64,000 nt of DNA, taken from positions 187,550,001 to 187,614,000 of the forward strand of contig OX597814.1 in assembly GCA_951406725.2 (NCBI GenBank). Direction: 5' to 3'. Under the pieces are notes generated by a model, which saw only the letters and a list, made by a program, of their open reading frames with translations, was not told where the DNA came from and made no database searches. The number at the start of each line of letters is the position of its first letter. Positions within the stretch are counted from its first letter, which is position 1. Shown here in pieces: positions 26,318-37,756 of the stretch. The DNA comes from Octopus vulgaris (taxonomy: Eukaryota). The translations under genes and the position numbers were made by a program.

Positions 26318-26671
26318 ATTCAAGCGTGATCGTTACCTGCGTCACCTTACTAGCACTTGTGCCGGTGGCACGTGAAAAAACATTCGAGCAAGGTCATTGC
26401 CAGTGCCACTGGACTGGCTCCTGTGCAGGTGGCACGTAAAAAACCATTTGAGCGTGGCCGTTGCCAGTACCGCCTGACTGGCCCTCATGCCGGTGGCACG
26501 TAAAAGCACCCACTACACTCTCAGTGTGGTTGGTGTTAGGAAGGGCATCCAGCTGTAGAAACTCTGCCAGATCAAGATTGGAGCCTGGTGCAGCCATCAG
26601 GTTCACCAGTCCTAAGTCAAATCGTCCAACACATGCTAGCATGGAAAGCTGACATTAAACGATGATGATGA
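26318..26671 (+). mobile_element. SINE family C with three ~64-bp internal tandem units
   Basis: Units begin at 26318, 26382 and 26446, each with ggtggcacgt(g/a)aaa; ggaagggcatccagctg; (gat)n tail. Confidence 0.85.
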
Positions 26672-29314
26672 ATCCAGAAATAAAATCTAAAAAGACTGTT
26701 TAGAAAATACATATGTTCTGTTCATATTTTAATGGAAAGGATTCAAAAGAAAATAACTCCTTTCCTATAGCTTATCAGAGAAATTACCTTAATCATTCTA
26801 CATACTTCTGGTTTTGTATACAATGATATCCTAACAACTGAATGTATAATCTATGTTAAATTTATGAACAGCACAAGGAAAAGTGAAAAAATCGCTAATT
26901 TAATATCAGAAAACAAAGCTTTTGAGTAAACCCACAATAGAATACTGCCCATTATTAACCCCACAAATGGAGGATAGAGACCTTTTATATGCAAAAGTAT
27001 ATAAATTGTGTTATTTACCAAGCTGGAAAAAAAATATCTGAGATTGAGTAGTAGATTGAAAAGAAGGTGTCTATATGTAAAAGGCCTAGTCCTATGTCCC
27101 CTATTTTTGTTGATTGGTTCTGTCAGAGAGTTGGAATGGAAATGATATTCTTGCAAGGGTTGGGTGTGTGTACGCACGCTGGGGGGTGGGAGGAGGTAGC
27201 AGTAAAGATATTTCAGACCCAGTAGTTGGGAGTAAAAAATAACAAAAGTAAAGGAAGGAGGAGATAAATGGGACTGAATGAGTGTTTGACTGGGAAGTCA
27301 AGAGGCATTGGAGAAAGATGGAAAAGAGAGGGAGTGGTAGGAAATATAGTAATGTCTGTCACTGGGAGGGGAGAGAGAGTAAAACTTCTGATGGATGGAA
27401 GGCAAAGCCAACCTGAGCATTAAAGGAAGTGACCAGAATATACAAAAGATGCAGATAAATATACCACTATACATATATATATTCATTCTTTTATTCCTTC
27501 AGCCATACTGGGGCACCACTGTTGTCTACACACACAAACACACATGACTCCAATAATGCTGGCATCTCTCAACCATGAGGGCATAATAAGCAAACATAAA
27601 AGCCATTGTAACCTTTTTCATTTCCTTTTTTTTTTTTTGGTCAGTTTCATCACACTTTAGGAATGTCACACAAATAATATATTCATATGTACATGAATGC
27701 ATAATATACAGACACATACTTAAATACATACATATACATATATATATATATATGTATGTATTTATACATACATATATATGCATATACACACACACACATG
27801 TACACATACTTAAATACATACACATATATATATATATGTATGTATGTATGTATTTATACACACATACATACATATATATGCATATATACACACACATGTA
27901 CACAAGAATGTCAGTCAAAATAATTATTACATTAGATATTTTACCAAAATTTATGTTTGCTTAATGAATTCATATTCAAATAAACTTGTAAATTGTTTTA
28001 CAAGTACTACACACACTTATGCACACATGCATGCATATGTGCACACACACATGCATAGACACACACATAGACACATTCTTGAAGAGGCTAGCACTTTTGC
28101 TTTTCAAGTGCAAAACAGGTAGGCTGTTAGATCAATCTGATCATCCTCTAAGGATAAGAGGCTCACTAGCGCCAATAAAGAAAAATCAAACATCTTAGTA
28201 CTTAATTCATTGACAAAACACTTAACACTATTTGTCTAAGGTTTCATACCTAATTAAGAAATTATTTATTAATAGTTGTATTATCTGAATTATTGTCAGC
28301 GTAATACATTATTCTGAAATCTTCATGTTGTCTTGACATATTAAAGTATTTTAGTAATTATAGAGGTGTTTAAATATCTATGCTTACCAACATTATAGAG
28401 ATTGATAGTGTATATAATGGAACACTATTTTTCATTACCAACAGCCAAACTAAAACAAGAGAAACACAGGAAAATTCCTGTCATTTTTGAGTATGTGTGT
28501 GAGAGAGAGAGAGACAGAGAAAGCATACATGCACATACTTGTGAGTGGTGTAGTGCTGTGTTAGGTTATGTTGTATTGTATATGAAAGTATGTAATATGC
28601 TTCTCTCATTGTCCCTTAGGAGAGTAATTTGTATGAAACTCCACACCTAATGTGGCAAGTTTATAACCTCAAGGAAAACCTAACAAATACTTCCCTCATC
28701 AATGATCCAAACAATCTGTCAATGGCTTAGTAAGGTTCTTGCACAGCACTCTATCTTTAACTGACGTATTGGTATTATACATTAAAGCTTAGTTAATCCC
28801 ACAGCTATTAGCTATTAGATTAAATTAGATTTATTTGTTACCATAGACTAACACTTTAATGACTGTGTCATGTTGACATCTTAATAGCTTCTGTGTTTGG
28901 CTGCATACTTAATTAAGCATTAAGACTATTTAAATTAAGAACAAGAACAACAATATTTGTTTTTTTATCAATAAATGCAGCCGGGACAAGCAACAAATAA
29001 ACAAATGAATGAAAAACAGTTTTCTGAATTTTTTATAGCAATAATTCAAAATGCATATCATTAATTATCACGCCTTAATATTGTGTGCAAAGATTAAACT
29101 TTACAATAACCACCAGCATTTCAAAACTAGAGAAGTTATGATTCCTTTTTTTCATATCTACCTTCAAAAACTAACAATTTGAACTGATTTTTAAAATATC
29201 ATTGAAAGTGGTTAAATATTATACTAGAAAACTATTTGCAATTTTAGATTCCATCTGAAATTTTTCCATTAATATATTAAAACCTGGTTAGGAAATGTTA
29301 AAGATTTTTAAACA

Positions 29315-29372
29315 GGCGGTGTCCCAGCATGGCCACAGCTAGTGAGCTGAAACTAGATAAATAAATAAAATA
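29315..29372 (+). mobile_element. Very short retroposon 3'-end insertion (tail shared with SINE A)
   Basis: ggcggtgtcccagcatggccacagctagtgagctgaaactag followed by (ataa)n. Confidence 0.75.
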
Positions 29373-29664
29373 AAAAATAAAGACCCGTTGAGAGAGGAGT
29401 TTTTCCTCCCCACCCCCTCTTTAAAGTGTTTCTTTTGAAATATCTAAATGCATTTTCAAAGTAACATTAGTGTATTATAATAAACTTTAAGTCTATTTTA
29501 GTGAAAAAGATTTAATACAAGTGAAATTATTTTATCTATTTTATCAATGTCAGTTGGTGAAATGCAGGTCCGGTTTAGAATAATAGAAAATACCAAAGTT
29601 GAATTGATAAAATTTACACATTCTTAAGGTGTAAAAGAGAATATGTAAAGAGTTAAAGAATAAT

Positions 29665-29721
29665 GGCGGTGCCCCAGCATGGCCACAGCTCATGAGCTGA
29701 AACTAGAATCAATCAATCAAT
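29665..29721 (+). mobile_element. Very short retroposon 3'-end insertion
   Basis: ggcggtgccccagcatggccacagctcatgagctgaaactag followed by (aatc)n. Confidence 0.75.
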
Positions 29722-30175
29722 AGTGCGAGGAGTTTATAATTTACATGAATTTCTATGTATTTAGTAAAGTAAGTTGTATGAGAAACTTTTTACAGAACCT
29801 ACCATATTTGTAAAGAGATGAGCCAGAGAGGTGGAAAAGCAAATATAGATTATGTTTTGTAAAGAACCAGCAGATTTCAATGGAATTTCAATTTCATTTG
29901 CTTTTCAGAGGCTTCATATTTTTAAAACAAAGAAACCTTAAACTTAGATTTAAGAGAGATCTAGAAAATATGTATGTTCTCTAAAGGATATAAACATAAG
30001 ATTTTAAAATAATTGAAAAAGCCTCAGCAAGAGATATTCAAATGAATAGTGCTACAATTACGTTTAGAACTTTTCCCTAGATTGGAATGGATTATCAACA
30101 CTGGTTTTAGAAAAGGTACACTGACTAGTAAAACCCATCCAACAAACACACACACACATATATATATATGCTAGA

Positions 30176-30271
<96 letters not shown>

Positions 30272-30611
30272 AAATCAATGTATGACAATATAATCATTGC
30301 AGCTAACAGGTAATTTATGAGACAATGTAAACATCAATAAGCTTTACTGAGAGAGCTTGTTGCTCCAAATTTAATAACACACTCTGGGCCATGCTCAAAC
30401 TTTGCTGAATGTAAACAATGATTCTATTACACCATCTTAGATGCGATCCATATTAATAATGGCCATAGTTGTTATTGTAGGTCTAGAAAATTGACAAGGC
30501 GCCTAAGTTTATGGAGAAAAATTGCACATCAGCTGTTTAGTACCTCAGCAACTTCCAGGTTATATATGAGGGTTAGGTGAGTAGGGAGATAATGACAGTA
30601 ATACTGATTAA

Positions 30612-30832
30612 CCCTTTTGATACCAACCTGGCTGAAACCGGCTCTGGCTCTGAGTACAAATGTCTTGTTTTCAAAAGTTCTGAATTAAAATCTTCCACCA
30701 AACCTTAGTCACAATTTATGTTCCTAATATTAACTTAATGATAAATAAGTTATTTTACTAAATTCTTTGTTATATTTAAAATTAATTGAAAGAACCACAG
30801 AGCATCTCAAAATAAATACAGTAACAAAAGGG
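30612..30832. mobile_element. piggyBac-type MITE family P2
   Basis: TTAA|cccttttg(a/t)tac...gtaacaaaaggg|TTAA; second copy at 24164-24384. Confidence 0.9.
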
Positions 30833-31024
30833 TTAATTAATATCTTTATCATTTGTATCAGTTACCAGTTTTGGCCATTCAGAGCCCTGTTTAATTTAGC
30901 CAGTGTTAATCTCAATCAAGCAGTTATTGACAGAAGAGTCAAGATAAACAAATAGATAAAGTGTCTACTGAAGATTTTAAAGTTTATATCCTAACACTGA
31001 CACTGTCTTGAACACCCTCTGTTC

Positions 31025-31250
31025 TAAGAGAAGGTGTTGAAAAATTCCTGGCTTTAAGGGTATCACAAAAGAGTAGAACTGTTATCTTTACAGGGGAGGT
31101 AGGTAACTATTTATATGTACATACATACATACAAACAAATTTTAAAAAACAAGCAAGTAAACAAACAGTTGTCCTACACTCCTGTAAAGGTAACTGCTCT
31201 ACCGTTTCACAATACCCTTAAGACCAGGAATTTTTCAGCACCCCCTCATA
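31025..31250. mobile_element. Mariner-type palindromic MITE with ~80-bp imperfect inverted arms
   Basis: Left arm gagaaggtgttgaaaaattcctggctttaagggtat...; right arm atacccttaagaccaggaatttttcagcaccccctc; TA flanks. Confidence 0.8.
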
Positions 31251-31845
31251 TTTATTTACAAGTAGAACAGAAGTAACTGGATTCTAATTAATGGTTTGGA
31301 GTTTATAGTAGGTACATTGAATTCTCTCAAACCAGAATAAATTAATAATACTATGTAACAAATTTGTTTTTTGTTTTGTTTTGTTTTATTTCCTATTTGC
31401 ATCTATCTAGAAATCAAAGGAAATGACAACTATTCTTTTCAATCTTTGCTTCTGTGACACGTTAATCAATGTTTTCAAACTGACATATTTTCCATTACAT
31501 TTCAGACAGACTCAGCACTGAGTTGCTGAAGCAGAACTATCGTTATAGCAAATATTCTGCTCAATACCACAGACTTGCTTGTCAGATGTTTGACCTTAAC
31601 CGCTTGAGCATGTCTCTGAGTGGCTAACAATATGTGCATCTATCTAGAAATCAAAGGAAATGACAACTATTCTTTTCAACCTTTGCTTCTGTGACATGTT
31701 AATCAATGTTTTCAAACTGACCTATTTTCCATTACATTCTTAGGAGTAAGCTAATAGGAAATAACAGTTGATACCCAAGAAAAATCGTGTTACATGGAGT
31801 AATTAACAATTATTCTTTACAAATAAATGTTTTATGATATTCATA

Positions 31846-32227
31846 GGCGCAGGAGTGGCTGTGTGGTAAGTAGCTTGCTTACCAACCACATGGTTCCGGG
31901 TTCAGTTCCACTGCGTGGCATCTTGGGCAACTGTCTTCTGCTATAGCCTTAGGCCGACCAAAGCCTTGTGAGTGGATTTGGTAGACAGAAACTGAAAGAA
32001 GCTTGTCGTATATATGTATATATATGTATGTGTGTGTGTGTATATGTTTGTGTGTCTGTGTTTGTACTACCTAGCATTGCTTGACAACCGATGCTGGTGT
32101 GTTTACGTCCTCGTCACTTAGCAGTTCGGCAAAAGAGACTGATAGAATAAGTACTGGGATTACAAAGAATAAGTCCCGGGTCGATTTGCTTAAAGGCGGT
32201 GATATGACTGAAAATAGTAAAAGAGTA
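31846..32227 (+). mobile_element. Near full-length SINE family A
   Basis: ggcgcaggagtggctgtgtggtaagtagcttgc head through the aaagag tail; small 3' deletions. Confidence 0.9.
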
Positions 32228-32917
32228 TGTTTGATATATTTATAAACATTTAATTTTTTCTTTTTCTTTTTTATTTTTGATTATATTTATTTCGTAAATA
32301 TCGTGAAATATATATATATAAAATACCAAAACTAATAATAAAAATAAACATGAAATGTTTATAAATATACCAACACACCCAAATAAAATAGGGCACAGGT
32401 AGAAACTTCAAAGGAACTTAGTCCAAACCCAAATTTAGCATCCCAACAGTTTGATGTAACAAGTTTATGCAGCACCGACTAGTTAAGTGGAGCTTGTTAT
32501 TCTACATATGCTACAAAGAAATTATCTTGTAAGATAGTGTCTGCTTTCTATTTAATTTAATATAGCATTCTTGGTTGCTGCTCTTAAATATTATACTTAA
32601 CTATTTTCAACTCCTTGCTCTTATGCTGAGCAATATCTACTTCTAATGCATTTGCTACACTTCTAAAACAGCAAATACTTAGTTGCCATGCTGTCTGAAA
32701 TGTTACTTCTAAAGCATCACTTTATAATCTATTTCCTGTTTCAGTATTTCTATGTTTATCATGCTTTTAATATACAGCCGGTCCAAGTGAATATGAAGAA
32801 ACAATAGCAACCATTCTTATCACTTCAGAAGTAGACTTTTAGCACATTCATTCTTTAAAAAGAGGATTAACTCAAGAAGGAAAATAACTAATAAAAAAAA
32901 AAATAATGAAAACTTAC

Positions 32918-32943
32918 CTAGAACATACTCTTCAGATCAGAGT
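32918..32943 (-). other. Candidate 26-nt 5'UTR microexon (ACTCTGATCTGAAGAGTATGTTCTAG)
   Basis: Consensus donor TAG|gtaagt and acceptor tcttcatttttctttccatag| only 26 nt apart. Confidence 0.6.
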
Positions 32944-33366
32944 CTATGGAAAGAAAAATGAAGATAATCAAATCAGTAAAAATATATTTAACACTAGAAA
33001 GAAATTATGTCTACACATACACATGCACACACACGCAAAAAAAAAAAAAAAAATCAGAGAATTTAGTAACAAATATTTGGTATTCAGCAACCAGGTGGAT
33101 TGTTTTGTTTGTTGATATCAGCACAAGAAATAAATGAAGCATGTGCTAGTAATTATTTTGAAAACTCACAGGACCCACAATAAGTTTAGTATTTATAACT
33201 GAGATATCAGGTCTTATACATACTGCAGCAAGTTTTAAATCTGATATTTTCATCAGCCTCAACAAATCGTGGCCGAATTTTTGTTTTGTTTTGGGATTCA
33301 GCTACTGAAGGCCTACAGCTTTATAAAGAATTTGTTAATATTTCAATTCTAGATTAGATGGCTTAT

Positions 33367-33635
33367 ATCATCATCATCGTCGTTTAACGTCTGTTTTCCA
33401 TGCTAGCACAGGTTGGACGGTACCACCGGAGTCTGGGAAGCCAGAAGGCTGCACCAGGCTCCAGTCTAATCTAGCAGTGTTTCTACAGCTGGATGCCCTT
33501 CCTAATGCCAACCACTCCATGAGTGTAGTGGGTGCTTTTTACATGCCACTGGCACAGATGCCAGGGGAGTCTGGCAGTGGCCATGATCGGTTGGTGCTTT
33601 TTACATGCCACCGGCACAGAAGCCAGTCAAGGCGC
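33367..33635 (-). mobile_element. SINE family C
   Basis: (cat)n tail, ggatgcccttcctaatgcc, two internal gtgcttttt-acatgccac units. Confidence 0.85.
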
Positions 33636-35413
33636 CGATAAAACAAAAAAACGCTTTTATTACTTCATTAGGAAACCAAAAGCAAATTGTCCACATTATA
33701 ACAATACTTTTTTAAAAAATACAAAAAAAAAAACAGAAGAAAATTATTACAACCAACACCTTTTGCAGTATCACTAAATAGTTAAGTTTCAAAAAGTTAT
33801 GCCTCACATCAAATCTGTATTGCATTTATTTTTTCTTTTTCTTTTTTCTATATTTGTCCATTTCGTGAAAACTAAGAATCTTTGAAACTGCTTCTACTAC
33901 AGACTTGGATTCAATACAGATCTATTGGACTAAGGCTATTAAACTAGTCACATTTGATAGATTTATTGAAATACTTCATCTGCACCTGAGAAGTAAAGAC
34001 TGTATATGGCTGACAAGTTTCTAATTCAAGCAAAGCAGCTTTTCAATATTGTTTCATTGTTATCAATTTAATAGAGAAGTTAGCATAATTTAATTGGCAA
34101 GTTATCAGAATCCAAAAGAAAAGGGATAGATTAAATTATGGTTTGCAGGACTGATTTAATTTTCATGTCTGATGTCAAAATCTTACGAAGAGAAGATGTA
34201 CTGTAAAACTATTCAAAGTCAATGACTTGCCTCTGAGGTGCAGAGAATAACTAATGTTGGCATATAATGTCAGTAACAATTGAGAGATAAAGTGCTTATT
34301 ATAGGTTAGAATAAGCCAGTTCAAGTAGACATGCAACTGAATAGTTCAGGTCCTTTACTCCTGACTTATAGGTTCAAACCTGCCACAGATGTGTAGCTTT
34401 GTGTTCTTCAGTGAAACACATTACTTTGCAAAATCATTATGCTGGCATCCCTTTATGATGGAGTACCTTTATGTCGGAATCTACAGGTTTGTCTCACATA
34501 CAACCGTTGACAAACACATAAAACAAAATCAAAATCACTGAACAATAAATACGGCTTAAGCTTATCAACCTATTAGTAAAAACAAAATCAGAATTAATAC
34601 TTTATCAATAGAAGTATTTAAAAAGAAACAAACAATATTTAACTGAATTGATTAAAAAGTCTGAATAAATTATATAATGATAAATAGTTTTTTGTTTTTT
34701 TTTTAAAGCTTTATAAGTTTTCATTAACAATATCATCATCATCGTCATTTGATGTGGTTTCCATGCTGGTCTGCATTGGATGGTTTGACAAGAGTTGGCA
34801 AGCTAGAAGACTACTTAAAAAGTTTTATAACTTCAAATTTATTTTGTCTAAAAGTCTTCTTCGTCTACAATTTCAGTTGTTAATAATGATATATCAAAAA
34901 TGTTCCAATTCACAATGCAACTTTGAAAATATATGCCAGAACTATAAGTTGAACTAACAACATAATTTTCATTAGTTTTCTGACACTCTATCAAAAGGGT
35001 AAGTAAACATGCATTTAAGGACAGTTATACCACAAAAGTCTTTCCAAGAAGTTTATAGGCATTTGAAATGTTCATTTTTATGCATATCATATTCTAACCA
35101 TTAAGATGAAATTATAAGCACCTATAAATGCTGTTGTACACAATAATTAACACTAATCAGAAAGCAATAAATAAGTACAATACAGCAAATATAAAGTCTA
35201 CCAATATGGGTAGCAGACTGAATTCATCGCACAGTTTAACATTCCCCACCAAACCCTTGGGTGCCATCAGCAAAGTTTATTCTGCTGCATGTATTCCAAC
35301 CAAACTTCTGAGCTGAGGATAACTTGATATCTTTATATTGCTGATACCTACTGTATCTATATGAGTTGTGGTTTCTTCTTCCTATTCACCTGGTAGTCTC
35401 AGAAGTAAATAGC

Positions 35414-35835
35414 AGATCTTTTCGGTTTGAACAGCAGTTTTTTCTAGCGATATCATATGAAATTGTCACCCATAATTATCACCCTAGTATCGATCTATTG
35501 CATTTCAATCTGTTTTATAGTTAGGGTTGGTTAGGAGTGGGAGAAGGGTATCTTTTTTTCTTCAGAAATGTAAATAAACCCAATCTGTTTCTTAAACGAG
35601 GGACATATTTATATGGCACAGAATGTTTTCACCTCAATAGACGTCATTGATTGGTTGAAATTGCAGAAATTGAAGAGAAAGAAAACAACAAATATCTTAC
35701 AAACTATAAAATTTTCTCAATAAAGCCAAGAGAAAAAGATGTTTTATAAACACATTCTACCAGTATACGAAGTTTAAAAGTGTTTAGTTACGTGGAAATT
35801 ATTTTTAAAAACTGCCGGTCAAACCGAAAAGATCC
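35414..35835. mobile_element. 422-bp MITE with ~28-bp TIRs and a 9-bp TSD (Mutator- or Merlin-like)
   Basis: TIR gatcttttcggtttgaacagcagttttt / aaaaactgccggtcaaaccgaaaagatc; TSD gtaaatagc at 35405-35413 and 35836-35844; internal ttaggg-like motif. Confidence 0.85.
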
Positions 35836-36548
35836 GTAAATAGCTGCTGTCCTGCTTCCTCTGGCTAAAACATAAGCATATATAAAAAGAGTAGGACCTG
35901 TGATGAGATTTGAACCACATACTCATTGTTTACTTGATGACCACATTATCCATAACAATTGTTTGAGGAAAGGAAATGGCAGAGGCTACTGTAGCAGTTT
36001 CTGTCATTTTCTTTCCTCAAACAAAGTACTATAAACTGTTGCTTCTGCCACTTTAACTGATGTTGACTGACAACTTAAGACTTAAAATAGTACACTTAAT
36101 GCAGTAGAAACAATTTACGTTACTTGATTTGAGAAGAAGAAATAACCATACATAATAGTGCAATTGGTAATGTGATCGCAATAGATATATCTATGGTTCC
36201 GATATTGTCGATAGGATTGTTGCTCTTTTCTGTTCTCAAAGCAAGCAATATCATTAATATTCTAGTTTGTTAAGTAATTAGGAAGTAACATTGAGGAGGG
36301 AGACTTTGTAGCAGCATAACTAACTCCTGTAATAGACAGCTAGTAAAAGTGATGAGTAACGAAGAATTTCTATCCTGCTAACAGAAATGATCAGCAAAAT
36401 ATAGCTGAAGTCAGTTCAATTAATTATAAGAACTTCTAACAAAATTGGCTTTCTGCCTAGTCAAATGAAAGTCATCACCAACATTGTTGTATTTTCTCCT
36501 TTCCACTTTTCCATAAATCTCCCATTCCAGACTAATTTAATAAGACTG

Positions 36549-36580
<32 letters not shown>

Positions 36581-36585
36581 CCACC

Positions 36586-36616
<31 letters not shown>

Positions 36617-36662
36617 CCACCATCATCATCATCATCATCATCATTACTATTATTATTATTAC
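36549..36662. repeat. (CAT)n/(CAC)n/(TAT)n trinucleotide microsatellite
   Basis: Direct inspection. Confidence 0.95.
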
Positions 36663-37718
36663 TAGAGTAGTATTAATAGTAGAGTGGTACACTAATTGCT
36701 TAACAGTAATTAGTTATGTCCTTCAAAGTTCTGACTTTAAATCTTGATACAGTTGACTTTGACCTTCATCTTTCTGTAGTTGATACAAATAAATACCAGG
36801 TAATGAGATCAGGATTGATTTTATTGATGGTCTCCCTCACCTTTCAAATTTTTTACTTTGTACTAATATATGAAATTTTATTTTTAGTCTATTACACCTT
36901 ACCTAAGATGCTCAAGAATTTTTTAAAAATAAATAAATAAAACATTGGTGGTATCATCCCTGCCACCATCACCATCACCACCACCTCCATTATCATCATT
37001 ATTATTCTGTCCATTTATTTATACTGGTATCAGTTGGATGGATCTCTCCAAGCACAGTGTCTCATCACTTATCACAGTCCTTCATCATCTAATATATAAA
37101 CAACAGATAAAACTGCCAATCTTTGATGCGTTTGTTGTGTTAAGGTGTGGCTTTTGTGGCTGGATGCTCTTCCTACAAACCTTTTTGCAATATGAATTAG
37201 GGTGCATTTTATCATATCACCAACACCGAGAGATTGTCTAACAGGCCTGAAGTAATCTCTACTGTAGTGTATCAGTTTTTATTCAGCTATCTGCTAGCAA
37301 TCATGACTGCCTTCATAATTTATTTAACTGCTATCCTCTAGAAATACCTTTGAATGTTTAAGGTATACATACTTATATGAAGACTGCTTCCAAGTTTTTT
37401 TGTTTTTTTTTCTTTTTAAAGAGTTGCTAGTTTTTGCAAGTTACCAGAAAAACTTCTCTTGTTAGTAGTAAATACGTCAGGAGTCACGACTATTTCCCAG
37501 AAGTAAGAACAGGTCAAGGCAGGTATGAGTCATGGTGCTAACAATGGCTGGCCAAAATGATACCAGAGATTCTAAAGAAGCATTGAGCCTCAACATTTCC
37601 ACAGAGGATAATTTTTTTTCAGAGTGTTCTTTGGCTCTATTGAAAACTTGTAGCACAGGGTTACCCATAAAAATATATATGGATTTCTAAAACATTTTAC
37701 ATATAATTTAGAAAGAAG

Positions 37719-37756
<38 letters not shown>

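Noticed and set aside
26318-26510. Repeat-spacer-like pattern suggestive of CRISPR
   Set aside because: Eukaryotic context; the spacers are homologous to each other and are internal SINE tandem units; no cas genes.
31846-31920. tRNA-like sequence (also the heads of the SINE B copies)
   Set aside because: SINE heads with pol III boxes that continue into SINE bodies; no full cloverleaf.
35515-35545. TTAGGG-like motif suggesting an interstitial telomere
   Set aside because: One or two units internal to a MITE, not an array.
36465-36665. Poly-histidine ORF
   Set aside because: (CAT/CAC)n microsatellite with no splice or homology support.
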